DNA of 64,000 nt, taken from Desulfobacterales bacterium (lineage in GTDB: Bacteria; Desulfobacterota; Desulfobacteria; Desulfobacterales; SG8-13). Below are positions 26,742 to 35,257 of this stretch, in pieces; the stretch's first letter is position 1; each line of letters starts with the position of its first letter. The notes under the pieces are model-generated. The model saw nothing but the letters and a program-made list of their open reading frames with translations. It made no database searches and was not told the origin of the DNA. The position numbers and the translations under genes were made by a program. The DNA lies in assembly GCA_051155755.1 (NCBI GenBank), contig DAXETY010000002.1:26860-90859 (forward strand), in the 5' to 3' direction.

Positions 26742-26880
26742 GGAATTGCACGAACAGGGGACTTGCGCAAATCTTGATCCGCCCGCACCTTTGTGTTACC
26801 TAATGCCATCTACGTGTCACAGATGGCCATTCACGGAATCGAGTGGGCCCAAAACCGGAATACATCGATGGAGAACCCCG

Positions 26881-27444
26881 ATGGAAACACCCCGCTTCGA
26901 GTCACAACGCTTCCTGGCAGACCGGGATGACAGCGTGCTGATGGTGATCGATGTCCAAAGCAAGCTGACGCCGGTGATTTCCGAGTTTCCGAAACTGACC
27001 GCCAATCTGGTGAAACTGATCCGGACGGCCCGAATTCTCGACATTCCCGTTCTGGTCACCGAACAGCAGAATCTGGGGGCCACTGCCGATGAAATCCGCG
27101 CCGACCTGGAACCGTTTCAGCCGATTTCCAAAATTTCGTTCAGTTGCCTGGGGTCCACGGAAGTTTCCGACACACTGGAGGATCTCGGCCGCAGCACCTT
27201 GTTGCTCAGCGGAATCGAAGCTCACGTGTGCGTGTTTCAAACCGCCATCGAAGCTGCCCGCCGTTTCCGCGTGCAGGTGGTGGCCGACGCGGTTTCCGCA
27301 AGAGACCCCCGGAACCTGGACATCGCCATCCATCGCCTGCGGGCGGCCGATATCGCCGTCACTTCCACGGAAATGCTCATGTACGAATGGCTCCGAAGAG
27401 CTGGCACCGACCAATTCCGAGCGACCCTGCCGCTGCTGAAATAG
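26881..27444 (+). CDS. isochorismatase-family cysteine hydrolase
   Basis: Only the last 188 codons of ORF 25777..27444 are used. VLMVIDVQ and GIEAHVCV motifs. Confidence 0.8.
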   Translation: METPRFESQRFLADRDDSVLMVIDVQSKLTPVISEFPKLTANLVKLIRTARILDIPVLVTEQQNLGATADEIRADLEPFQPISKISFSCLGSTEVSDTLEDLGRSTLLLSGIEAHVCVFQTAIEAARRFRVQVVADAVSARDPRNLDIAIHRLRAADIAVTSTEMLMYEWLRRAGTDQFRATLPLLK

Positions 27445-27450
27445 GACCCC

Positions 27451-28680
27451 ATGAAAGAATTTTTTGAAGTCCAATCGTTGTCGGACGTTCTGCGCCTGAA
27501 AAGCCTTTTCCCGAGCGTATCCGCCGAAAGCGTTTCTCTGGAAAACGCCGTCGGCCGGGTACTGGCCGAAGAGATCACCGCCGCAGCCGACCTGCCGGAC
27601 TTTTGCCGGGCGACCATGGACGGCTATGGCGTGCGGGCGGCTTCGACCTTCGGTGCCTCGGACGCCAACCCGGCCTACCTGGACGTGGTGGGTTCGGTGG
27701 CCATGGGGGAGGTGCCCGCATTTTCGATCGGCCCCGGCCAAGCCTGCCGCATCGCCACCGGCGGCATGCTGCCGGAGGGTGCCGACAGCGTCGTTATGAT
27801 CGAGCACACCGACTCGCTGGACACAGCCACCATCGAAGTCTATCGAAGCGTCGCCCCCGGCCAGCACGTGCTGCTGGTGGGAGAGGATTACGCCCGCGGC
27901 CAAGTAATGCTGAATGCCGGACTGCCTATCCGGCCCCAGGAATCCGGCCTGCTGGCGGCCTTCGGTCATCGTCGCGTGAAAGTGTTTCGCCGACCGGTGA
28001 TCGGCATCCTGTCCACCGGCGACGAAATTGTGGCCATCGACGCCCAGCCGGGACTCGGCCAAATCCGGGACATGAACAGCTACACCCTTTCGGGTCAATT
28101 GCAGCAACTCGGTGCGGTGCCCGTGCGTTACGGCATCGTGGCAGACGACCCCGATGCGCTGTTTGCCGCCTGTCGCAGCGCCCTGGAGCAAAGCGACATG
28201 GTGTTGCTGTCCGGCGGCAGCTCGGTGGGCATTCGGGATTACACCGTCGAAATCCTCTCGAAACTGGAAAACGCCCATATCCTGGTTCACGGTATCGCCA
28301 TCAGTCCGGGCAAACCCACCATTTTAGCCCGCACCGGCAGTCAGGCCGTATGGGGACTGCCGGGTAACGTGGTTTCCGCCATGGTGGTCTTCCGGGTCGT
28401 GGTCGCTCCGTTTGTGGCGGCCATCCAGGGACAGGCCGCAGCGTATCCGAACCGGGTCAACATCCCGGCCGTTCTGAGCCGTAACATCGCCTCGGCCCAG
28501 GGGCGCAGTGATTTTGTGCGCGTGCGCCTGCAGCGCGAAGACGATGGGTACCTGGCCCAGCCGATTCTGGGAAAATCCGGTCTGATTCATACCATGGTTT
28601 CCGCCGACGGCCTGGTGGAGGTCGACGCCGATACCGAAGGTCTGGATGCCGGAACCGCCGTGGAGGTCGTTCCTTTTTAG
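27451..28680 (+). CDS. moeA: molybdopterin molybdotransferase MoeA
   Basis: MDGYGVRA, TGGMLPEGADSVV and LLSGGSSVG motifs. 409 aa. Confidence 0.9.
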   Translation: MKEFFEVQSLSDVLRLKSLFPSVSAESVSLENAVGRVLAEEITAAADLPDFCRATMDGYGVRAASTFGASDANPAYLDVVGSVAMGEVPAFSIGPGQACRIATGGMLPEGADSVVMIEHTDSLDTATIEVYRSVAPGQHVLLVGEDYARGQVMLNAGLPIRPQESGLLAAFGHRRVKVFRRPVIGILSTGDEIVAIDAQPGLGQIRDMNSYTLSGQLQQLGAVPVRYGIVADDPDALFAACRSALEQSDMVLLSGGSSVGIRDYTVEILSKLENAHILVHGIAISPGKPTILARTGSQAVWGLPGNVVSAMVVFRVVVAPFVAAIQGQAAAYPNRVNIPAVLSRNIASAQGRSDFVRVRLQREDDGYLAQPILGKSGLIHTMVSADGLVEVDADTEGLDAGTAVEVVPF

Positions 28681-28760
28681 AAAACGCTTTGAATGATCCC
28701 TTCCGGCCATGCTCGACTCCGCTCGGTCGGCATCGCCGGGAACCCGATAAGGAAAACGTA

Positions 28761-30698
28761 ATGCAGACCCAACGAAACATTTACCTGAAAATGAAATCTC
28801 TGCAAGAAGCCCGCAAGATCCTGCAGGAGACTTTTGCCGCGCCGCCGCTGCCCGGGGAAACCGTGCCGGTCTCGGAATCCGTGGGACGGGTGTTGGCCGA
28901 ACCGGTGTTCGCCAGGCTTTCTTCACCGCACTTCCATGCCGCCGCCATGGACGGCATCGCCGTGAAAGCCGATCAAACCTTCGGGGCCACGGAGACCCGA
29001 CCCCGGGAATTGATATTGGGAACCAATGCCTTCTTCGTGAACACCGGCCATGTAATGCCGCCGGGAACCGATGCGGTAATCATGATCGAACGGGTCCAGG
29101 AGCTGGCCGAAGGCCGGGTTCGCATCGAGGCACCGGCATTTCCCTGGCAATACGTCCGTAAGATGGGCGAAGATATTGTGGCCACCGAGCTGCTGTTTCC
29201 CCAGAATCACGAGGTGACCCCCTACTGCATCGGGGCGCTGATCTCCGGCGGCATCTTCGAGGTTGCAGTGCGTCGCAAGCCCAGAATCCTGATCATCCCC
29301 ACCGGATCCGAACTGGTGGACTGGCACAGGGATAAGCCGTCGGTCCTCGAACCGGGGCAGGTGCTGGAAAGCAACTCCTATGTACTGGGCAGCCTGGTGA
29401 ACCGATATGGGGGTTGCTGGGAAAAACACGACAAGATTTCCGACGACCTGGAGGCGATTACCGCTGCCACCGCCGACGGCCTCGGCGCTGATTTCGATGC
29501 CGTGCTGATCATCGGCGGATCATCGGCCGGCTCGGAAGACTACGGCCGGCGTGTCGTCGAGCGACTGGGCGAAATCCTGGTCCACGGGGTTACCATGATG
29601 CCGGGCAAACCGGTCATTCTCGGCCGGGTGCAATCCAAGCCGGTATTCGGCATGCCCGGCTATCCGGTGTCCGCAATTATCGCTTTCGAACAGCTGGTCA
29701 GACCCTGGATGCGCGGACGCATCGGTCTGCCGGACATCACACCGCAGACGGCGGAAGTGCAGCCGACGCGCAAAATTGCCTCCAAGCTGGGCATCGAAGA
29801 ATTCGTGCGCGTCAAGCTCGGTGAAGTCTCCGGCCGGATCGTGGCCACTGCGCTGCCGCGCGGAGCCGGAACCATTACCTCGATCACCGAAGCCGACGGC
29901 ATCATCCGGATTCCCAAATCACTGGAGGGACTGCCCGAACAGCAGCCGGTTCGCGCCGAGCTGCTGCGCCCGCTGGCAACCATCACCGACACCATCGTGG
30001 TGGTCGGCAGCCACGACAACACCCTGGATGTTCTGTCCGACCAACTGCGCGCCGGCGGCCGCGGCATCAGCCTTTCATCGAGCCACGTGGGCAGCATGGG
30101 TGGATTGATGGCGGTCAAAAAAGGCCTGTGCCATCTGGCCGGCACCCATCTGCTGGACACCGAAGACGGCAGCTACAATATCAGCTACCTGCGCCGCTAT
30201 CTCCCGGAACTTTACAACGAAGGTCAACTCCGGCTGGTCCACCTGGTCGACCGGCAGCAGGGGCTGATCCTGCCGGCGGGCAACCCCAAGGGCATCCGGG
30301 GGATCGAAGATCTCTCTCGCGAGGACGTCACCCTGATCAACCGCCAGAGTGGATCCGGGACCCGCATCCTGCTCGATTACCGTCTGAAATCACGATCCAT
30401 AGATCCGGCCGACATTCGCGGCTATGAAAACGAGGAGTTCACTCACATGGCCGTGGCCGTGGCCGTGCTCAGCGGAGCCGCGGACGTCGGGCTGGGCATT
30501 TATGCCGCTGCCCGGGCCCTGGGCCTGGATTTCATTCCGGTGGTCACCGAACAATACGACCTGCTGATGCGCGCGGATTTTTTCGAAAGCCGTCGCGGCC
30601 GCATTCTGTTGGAAGCCATCGGCAGCGCGGAATTCCAGAGGCGGGTGGCGGCGCTGGGCGGCTACCATACCGAAGGTATGGGCAAGGTCCTGCTCTGA
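28761..30698 (+). CDS. MoeA-family protein fused to a C-terminal periplasmic-binding-protein-like domain
   Basis: ATG at 28761 after AAGGAAA. MoeA motifs (MDGIAVKA, IIGGSSAGSEDY) followed by a PBP-like domain of about 230 aa (VVVGSHDN...NRQSGSGTR). Confidence 0.85.
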   Translation: MQTQRNIYLKMKSLQEARKILQETFAAPPLPGETVPVSESVGRVLAEPVFARLSSPHFHAAAMDGIAVKADQTFGATETRPRELILGTNAFFVNTGHVMPPGTDAVIMIERVQELAEGRVRIEAPAFPWQYVRKMGEDIVATELLFPQNHEVTPYCIGALISGGIFEVAVRRKPRILIIPTGSELVDWHRDKPSVLEPGQVLESNSYVLGSLVNRYGGCWEKHDKISDDLEAITAATADGLGADFDAVLIIGGSSAGSEDYGRRVVERLGEILVHGVTMMPGKPVILGRVQSKPVFGMPGYPVSAIIAFEQLVRPWMRGRIGLPDITPQTAEVQPTRKIASKLGIEEFVRVKLGEVSGRIVATALPRGAGTITSITEADGIIRIPKSLEGLPEQQPVRAELLRPLATITDTIVVVGSHDNTLDVLSDQLRAGGRGISLSSSHVGSMGGLMAVKKGLCHLAGTHLLDTEDGSYNISYLRRYLPELYNEGQLRLVHLVDRQQGLILPAGNPKGIRGIEDLSREDVTLINRQSGSGTRILLDYRLKSRSIDPADIRGYENEEFTHMAVAVAVLSGAADVGLGIYAAARALGLDFIPVVTEQYDLLMRADFFESRRGRILLEAIGSAEFQRRVAALGGYHTEGMGKVLL

Positions 30699-30796
30699 AC
30701 CCGACGATGCGCAGCGATTGAAAAAACGCCCCAACGGTGCCATAATTCATTTTTCGAACGTAACCTGCCAAAAAGTTTTGCGCGGAGAACACCGGA

Positions 30797-31627
30797 TTGA
30801 GCACGTGGCAAGCGGTTCTGCTGGGTATCGTTCAGGGGCTGACGGAATTTCTGCCGATCAGCAGTTCCGGGCACCTGGTCCTGTTTCAAAATCTGCTCGG
30901 ATTTCGAGAGCCGGAGCTGTTGTTGGACATCTGCCTGCACCTGGGAACGCTGGCAGCGGTCCTGATCGTCTTTCAACGCGACATCCGGGATATCCTGGCC
31001 ACCCTGATTCGCCTGCCGGTCCTGGCGGGACCGGCAGGCGGATTCAAAGCGTTGCTGCGGCAGGACCCGCATGTACGCATCTGTTTTCTCATCGGGGTCG
31101 GCTCGCTTCCGACGGCCGTGCTGGGGCTTTTGTTCCATCGTCTTGCCGACCGCATATTTGCCAACGTCACCCTGGTGGGTGCCATGCTGCTGGTCACCGG
31201 CTCCCTGCTTTGGTTCACCCGCCGGGCAAGGCCGGCGGCCCGTCCGCTGCAGCACATGCGGTCCCGGGACGCCGCTTGGATCGGCCTGGCCCAAGGACTG
31301 GCCATCCTTCCGGGAATCTCTCGATCGGGCGCGACCATTTCCACAGCCCTTTACCTGGGAATCGATCGCAGACTGGCCGGACGTTTTTCTTTTTTGTTGT
31401 CGATTCCGGCCATCGTCGGCGCACTGCTTCTGGAAATCAAATCCGCCGACCTGCACGCTTCGGCTACCGCCACAGCCATCGTGTTGGGGACCGTTGCGGC
31501 AGGGATCTCTGGATATTTCGCGCTGGTTGTGCTGCTGCGTCTGGTGGAGAAGGGCAAGATTCAATATTTTGCGCCTTACTGCTGGCTGCTGGGTTGCGCG
31601 GCCTTGATCTGGCAGGCCGTCTCCTGA
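30797..31627 (+). CDS. uppP: undecaprenyl-diphosphate phosphatase
   Basis: TTG start. LTEFLPISSSGHL motif. Polytopic, 276 aa. Confidence 0.9.
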   Translation: MSTWQAVLLGIVQGLTEFLPISSSGHLVLFQNLLGFREPELLLDICLHLGTLAAVLIVFQRDIRDILATLIRLPVLAGPAGGFKALLRQDPHVRICFLIGVGSLPTAVLGLLFHRLADRIFANVTLVGAMLLVTGSLLWFTRRARPAARPLQHMRSRDAAWIGLAQGLAILPGISRSGATISTALYLGIDRRLAGRFSFLLSIPAIVGALLLEIKSADLHASATATAIVLGTVAAGISGYFALVVLLRLVEKGKIQYFAPYCWLLGCAALIWQAVS

Positions 31628-31694
31628 ATCGACCGGGCACGACGGACCGAATCCAAAGCGAGCGCTTTCTGCCGCCGCCAAACCTGAGGCACCT

Positions 31695-32837
31695 TCAGCG
31701 GCGCCACGTCAATCCTGCCAGGCGACGGAGCACCACCGGCGGCATGAACTCCGCCCGGTAAGTCGTTGTCCCGGCAACCACCGCCAAATACCGCCGGAGC
31801 AGGTAATGCCGGCGCAGATCCAGAATCCGGTGACTGAGCCCCGGCAGGTGATACAGGAAAGCGCCCATCCAGCGGGCACAGGCGTTGTCGGCGCCGAAGC
31901 GGGATTGCACCCCGGCTTCATAGGCCGACAAAGCGCTGCGATTCGAAAAACAATCGCCGATGGTCTCGGCCGCCAAACGTGCCTGGCAGACGGCCGCATA
32001 AATGCCTTCTCCGGTGATCGGGTCACACAGTCCGGCGGCATCCCCCACCAGAATGCCCCGTTCTTTGGAAAGGTGAAATCTCAGGCCGGGGGTGCAGGGA
32101 ATCCGATGCGCGCGCAAAGCCAACACGTCGGCATCCTGAAAACCCTTATGTTGTAAATATTCGTAAAAACGGGATTTCATGGACCCGGGCCGGGAACCGC
32201 GAGACATAACGCCGACCGACAGCTCCGTTTTCTTTGGAAATACCCAGCCGTAGCCCATCCATTTGCGCTGAAAGTCGAAGTCGATCCGACTGCGAAACGC
32301 GGCCATTGCGCCCGGGCCGGATGGCCGTACCGTGGCCGCCAGGGCGACCATTGCCGCCAGCGGTCCGCGGCAGCCCAGTGCCTTTCGCACCCGGCTTTGC
32401 GTGCCGTCCGCACCGACGATCACCTGCGCTCGAAAAGTACCTTGAGATGTCTGGATGACCAGATTGCCGAAAGACCCGGTCAGGCCCCGAAACACGGTGT
32501 TGTCCTGAAACCGGGCGCCGGCCCGCAGGGCCTTTTCCAGCAAGAAGGCATCGAACCGCTCCCTGCGAACCAGAACGACCGGCGGCGGCGAAAAACGCCG
32601 CTTCATCAGCAGTCGCTCACCAATGCTCAGCTGAATCGTGTGGCCGACGTCTTCGATGACCTCGGAAAGGTCAAAGGGGATTTCCTGAAGGGCTCGACGC
32701 GTGAGCCCGCCGCCGCAGAGTTTGTGCCGTGGAAACTTCCGTTTTTCAATGATTTGGACCTGCAGTCCGAGCGCGGCCAGGTAAAAGGCCGTCATGGCAC
32801 CAGCCGGACCGGCGCCGACTACCGTAACGTCCGTCAT
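31695..32837 (-). CDS. geranylgeranyl-reductase-family FAD-dependent oxidoreductase
   Basis: MTDVTVVGAGPAGA dinucleotide-binding start, followed by KLCGGGL. The start overlaps the upstream stop (ATGA). Confidence 0.8.
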   Translation of the reverse strand: MTDVTVVGAGPAGAMTAFYLAALGLQVQIIEKRKFPRHKLCGGGLTRRALQEIPFDLSEVIEDVGHTIQLSIGERLLMKRRFSPPPVVLVRRERFDAFLLEKALRAGARFQDNTVFRGLTGSFGNLVIQTSQGTFRAQVIVGADGTQSRVRKALGCRGPLAAMVALAATVRPSGPGAMAAFRSRIDFDFQRKWMGYGWVFPKKTELSVGVMSRGSRPGSMKSRFYEYLQHKGFQDADVLALRAHRIPCTPGLRFHLSKERGILVGDAAGLCDPITGEGIYAAVCQARLAAETIGDCFSNRSALSAYEAGVQSRFGADNACARWMGAFLYHLPGLSHRILDLRRHYLLRRYLAVVAGTTTYRAEFMPPVVLRRLAGLTWRR

Positions 32838-33190
32838 CTTGGCTGCGCGCGGCATGCAAGCTCCGATTGGGATGCGAACCTGTCCGTTAAACGGACGCCG
32901 CCGGTTTCAATCCGTTCAAAAACTCTGGCCAGTTCCCTCTCGTTCAGTTCGGCGATTTCCAGGGGGGCGGCCAGAAACCGGCCGGCCGGCATGAATTTGG
33001 ACATCAGGTTGACAAAAGCACTGTAATCCGGAAATTCTGTCTTTGCATAGCGCTGCAGCATCCGACAACGATCCCGGGAGAACTGGAAAAAGATGTATTC
33101 GGTTGCCACTTCCAGAAAACCTCGGTATCCGCACCGGTAGCGATTCAGCGCAATGATTCCGGTTTTGGATGTTGCGGTTGCTGTCTGCAT
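32834..33190 (-). CDS. hypothetical protein (118 aa)
   Basis: The ORF is translationally coupled (ATGA) to the reductase gene. I recognise no family. Confidence 0.5.
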   Translation of the reverse strand: MQTATATSKTGIIALNRYRCGYRGFLEVATEYIFFQFSRDRCRMLQRYAKTEFPDYSAFVNLMSKFMPAGRFLAAPLEIAELNERELARVFERIETGGVRLTDRFASQSELACRAQPR

Positions 33191-33465
33191 ATGGAATCAT
33201 CCTCCCGTCATCCAATGCAATCGTGGCGATCGATTCCCCGGATGGGGAGCCTAAGTATTATTACGTATATTTAATGCGTAGTGCCACGGATTTTCAGATC
33301 GTCGATTTTCTGTTAGGAACATCACCTCGGTTATTGGCAATCCGGCGAAACGGTATTATCTGTTTTTGAGTGCTTTTTGCGTATCCGGAAAAAACAACCT
33401 TATGCTACCTATGTAATCAAACACCTCGATTCATGCAACAGCCAGACGCCATCGAAGGAGCCGCC

Positions 33466-33888
33466 ATGGCGAGCAGAGCCAAGGAGCAACGGCACTGCCG
33501 TAGATTCGAACACGAAACCCCGATTATCATTCAAACCCGGAACAATGGCTGCCACAACGGACGCATGTTCAACTTTTGCAAGGACGGAATGTACATCGAA
33601 ACGGACGTGGAGTGCTGCCCGGGCCAGGAGGTGGCCATCGTGGTCGAAGATCCGCCTTACGGCCGCGGCCCCTTTCTTCACCAGGCCCAAATTAGATGGT
33701 CCCGGGAACTGCCCGAAGCAGTTGAATTCTATCGATTTGGATGCGGCGCACAGTGGGATGTAACGATCGATTACTCCCTCAACCGCTCCAAGTTGCCCTT
33801 TCGGCGCCGCTCCGGACACGATCGACGTTCCGGCAAGGACCGCCGCTCGGGATTGAACTGCCGGCGAAACGACCCGTTCACCGACTAA
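33466..33888 (+). CDS. PilZ-like domain protein with a DRRSG-repeat tail
   Basis: GAAGGAG RBS 6 nt upstream. RHCRR (RxxxR) and NFCKDG in place of the (D/N)xSxxG motif. Paralog of 35258..35605. Confidence 0.55.
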   Translation: MASRAKEQRHCRRFEHETPIIIQTRNNGCHNGRMFNFCKDGMYIETDVECCPGQEVAIVVEDPPYGRGPFLHQAQIRWSRELPEAVEFYRFGCGAQWDVTIDYSLNRSKLPFRRRSGHDRRSGKDRRSGLNCRRNDPFTD

Positions 33889-33924
33889 AGCCGGACGCGA
33901 CCCATTTCCGGCCCCGAAAAATCC

Positions 33925-33953
33925 TTGACATGCCACGCAGTGGTATATATAAA
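33925..33953 (+). promoter_or_regulatory. sigma70-like promoter (TTGACA-17-TATAAA)
   Basis: TTGACA at 33925..33930 and a TATATATAAA tract at 33944..33953. No ORF lies downstream. Confidence 0.5.
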
Positions 33954-33959
33954 AAATAC

Positions 33960-34036
33960 GGTTAGACCATTGTGCCTAACTCAACCTCCTTTCATTGATG
34001 GACGGGCCGCTATACCCCGGCGGCCCGTCTTTTTTT
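33960..34036 (+). ncRNA. candidate small RNA 1 (about 77 nt) with an exposed ACCUCCUUU tract
   Basis: Bracketed by the promoter at 33925 and the terminator at 34001..34036. No plausible ORF. AACCTCCTTTC at 33983..33993. Confidence 0.4.
34001..34036 (+). terminator. rho-independent terminator
   Basis: Perfect 10-bp stem GACGGGCCGC/GCGGCCCGTC, 9-nt loop, then T7. Confidence 0.8.
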
Positions 34037-34150
34037 GGCTTCGGTGGATCTTCCGTGATCCGGGCCCTGCCGTTATACTGGAAAAATGGGAGACGCGGAA
34101 GCGTTGGCGGGGGAATCCAATCGGCAAACAAACCCTTGCCGGAGTGACGA

Positions 34151-34393
34151 TCAGGCGGAACTGGCGGGAGAATGGGGCACATCGGTGCGGTTTTTATACG
34201 AATCGTCCTCTCGGTACATTTTTTGGAAAAACCGCGCCGGCCGGAGTTTGCGAATCAGGTGTTTCGGTTTCCGTTTGGTGGAAGGACGGCGTTCGGTCCA
34301 GAGCCAGATTCTTTCAATCAGCAAAATGCCGACGACCACGGCCAGTACGGACGTCATCATCAACATTCCAAAAATTGCGGGATTTACGGTCAT
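34151..34393 (-). CDS. hypothetical small membrane protein (80 aa)
   Basis: One N-terminal TM helix (IFGMLMMTSVLAVVVGILLI) and a basic tail. The codon third positions look coding-like. Weak GGGGTGAA upstream of the ATG. Confidence 0.35.
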   Translation of the reverse strand: MTVNPAIFGMLMMTSVLAVVVGILLIERIWLWTERRPSTKRKPKHLIRKLRPARFFQKMYREDDSYKNRTDVPHSPASSA

Positions 34394-34600
34394 GGATATT
34401 CACCCCAATGAAAAAAATGATGGGTTTTTCCAGCCGGGCTCTGCCTCTCGCAACCGCGCGGTGCCACCGCGTACCGGCACGATCCTGGTAGAGCAAAGAC
34501 TGTGCCGGGGAAGCCTTTTCCAAAAATTATCAGCTTTAACAAATTGTTATCGTGTTGATTGACTTCAGTTGGCCGAGGATCCGCGCGGTATAATGGGAAA

Positions 34601-34698
34601 ATGGTTTCCGGATGTTGGGCAGTGTTTTTCCCATCCCACCCGCGGCAATTTCCAATCTCAGCAGATCGTGACGCCATCCGGGGGGTGGCATTTTTTTT
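34601..34698 (+). ncRNA. candidate small RNA 2 (about 100 nt)
   Basis: Perfect TATAAT at 34589..34594 but no properly spaced -35. Ends at the terminator 34673..34698. The only overlapping ORF reads through the terminator. Confidence 0.25.
34673..34698 (+). terminator. rho-independent terminator
   Basis: GCCATCC-GGGG-GGTGGC hairpin followed by A then T8. Confidence 0.7.
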
Positions 34699-34850
34699 CA
34701 CCGCATGGGGCAACCGGATTTGCGCACCCTGGCCGCCATCTCGGATGAATACCGGGTGCAAATCGTATTATTATGCAATGCGATACAAGTTCATTGAAAA
34801 CACAAAACGGAGCCGAATATGCAATCGAATCCGCACTTTACAAATAAGAG

Positions 34851-34878
34851 TTGACAAAGACCGCCAACTTGATATGAT
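34851..34878 (+). promoter_or_regulatory. sigma70-like promoter (TTGACA-16-TATGAT)
   Basis: TTGACA at 34851..34856 and TATGAT at 34873..34878. Confidence 0.5.
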
Positions 34879-34884
34879 ACTTTC

Positions 34885-35022
34885 AACTTTGGATATTCCC
34901 CGCCGGGGAGCATAGCTGGGGAGGGTTGGATTTGATCAGCAGCTTGCATTCCCTCCGAAATGAAAAATGCTAAAGCGCTTCTATCACCAGACCCTGTTGC
35001 GAGAGCAGCCGGGTTTTTTTTT
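34885..35022 (+). ncRNA. candidate small RNA 3 (about 140 nt), GGA-rich 5' half
   Basis: Downstream of the promoter at 34851. Four GGA motifs within 34893..34935. GGGAGGG/CCCTCC pairing. Ends in a weak stem plus T9 (35014..35022). Confidence 0.3.
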
Positions 35023-35257
35023 GCCGAAATCAGTCGATTTCGGTTTCGGCAACATGCGGAAGTCAATTACCCAGTGCTGGGAAATGCGGTTCCCAATCCG
35101 GGGTGCCGCGCGTTCTGAGTATCGACGGTAAACCCCCTGCCGGCGGGCCGTTCGCGGATCCGGTATGCAACCGCACGATGGTATGGTTCTTGCTCCCAGT
35201 CCCGCTACAACCGATGGACTTGCCTGTCGCTGTGATTGCATCCGGGAGGAGGGGGCA

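Noticed and set aside
26566-26880. Possible Moco riboswitch upstream of the isochorismatase-moeA genes.
   Set aside because: I could not find the conserved Moco-motif elements. The GC-rich stems present are better explained as the long structured 5' UTR of the minus-strand DEAD-box helicase gene.
25777-27444. 555-aa plus-strand ORF overlapping the helicase gene.
   Set aside because: Only the last 188 codons (from the ATG at 26881) look like a real protein, an isochorismatase-family one. The upstream part is antisense to the DEAD-box helicase and is compositionally non-protein-like.
34559-34915. 118-aa ORF across the non-coding island.
   Set aside because: It reads through a strong intrinsic terminator and a promoter. 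It has no RBS, and its sequence (for example KSYYYAMRYKFIENTKRSRICNRIR) does not look like a folded protein.
35023-35257. Possible c-di-GMP riboswitch in front of the second PilZ-like gene.
   Set aside because: No GEMM-I or GEMM-II-like conserved segments are recognisable. Only a simple CCGAAATC/GATTTCGG hairpin is present.
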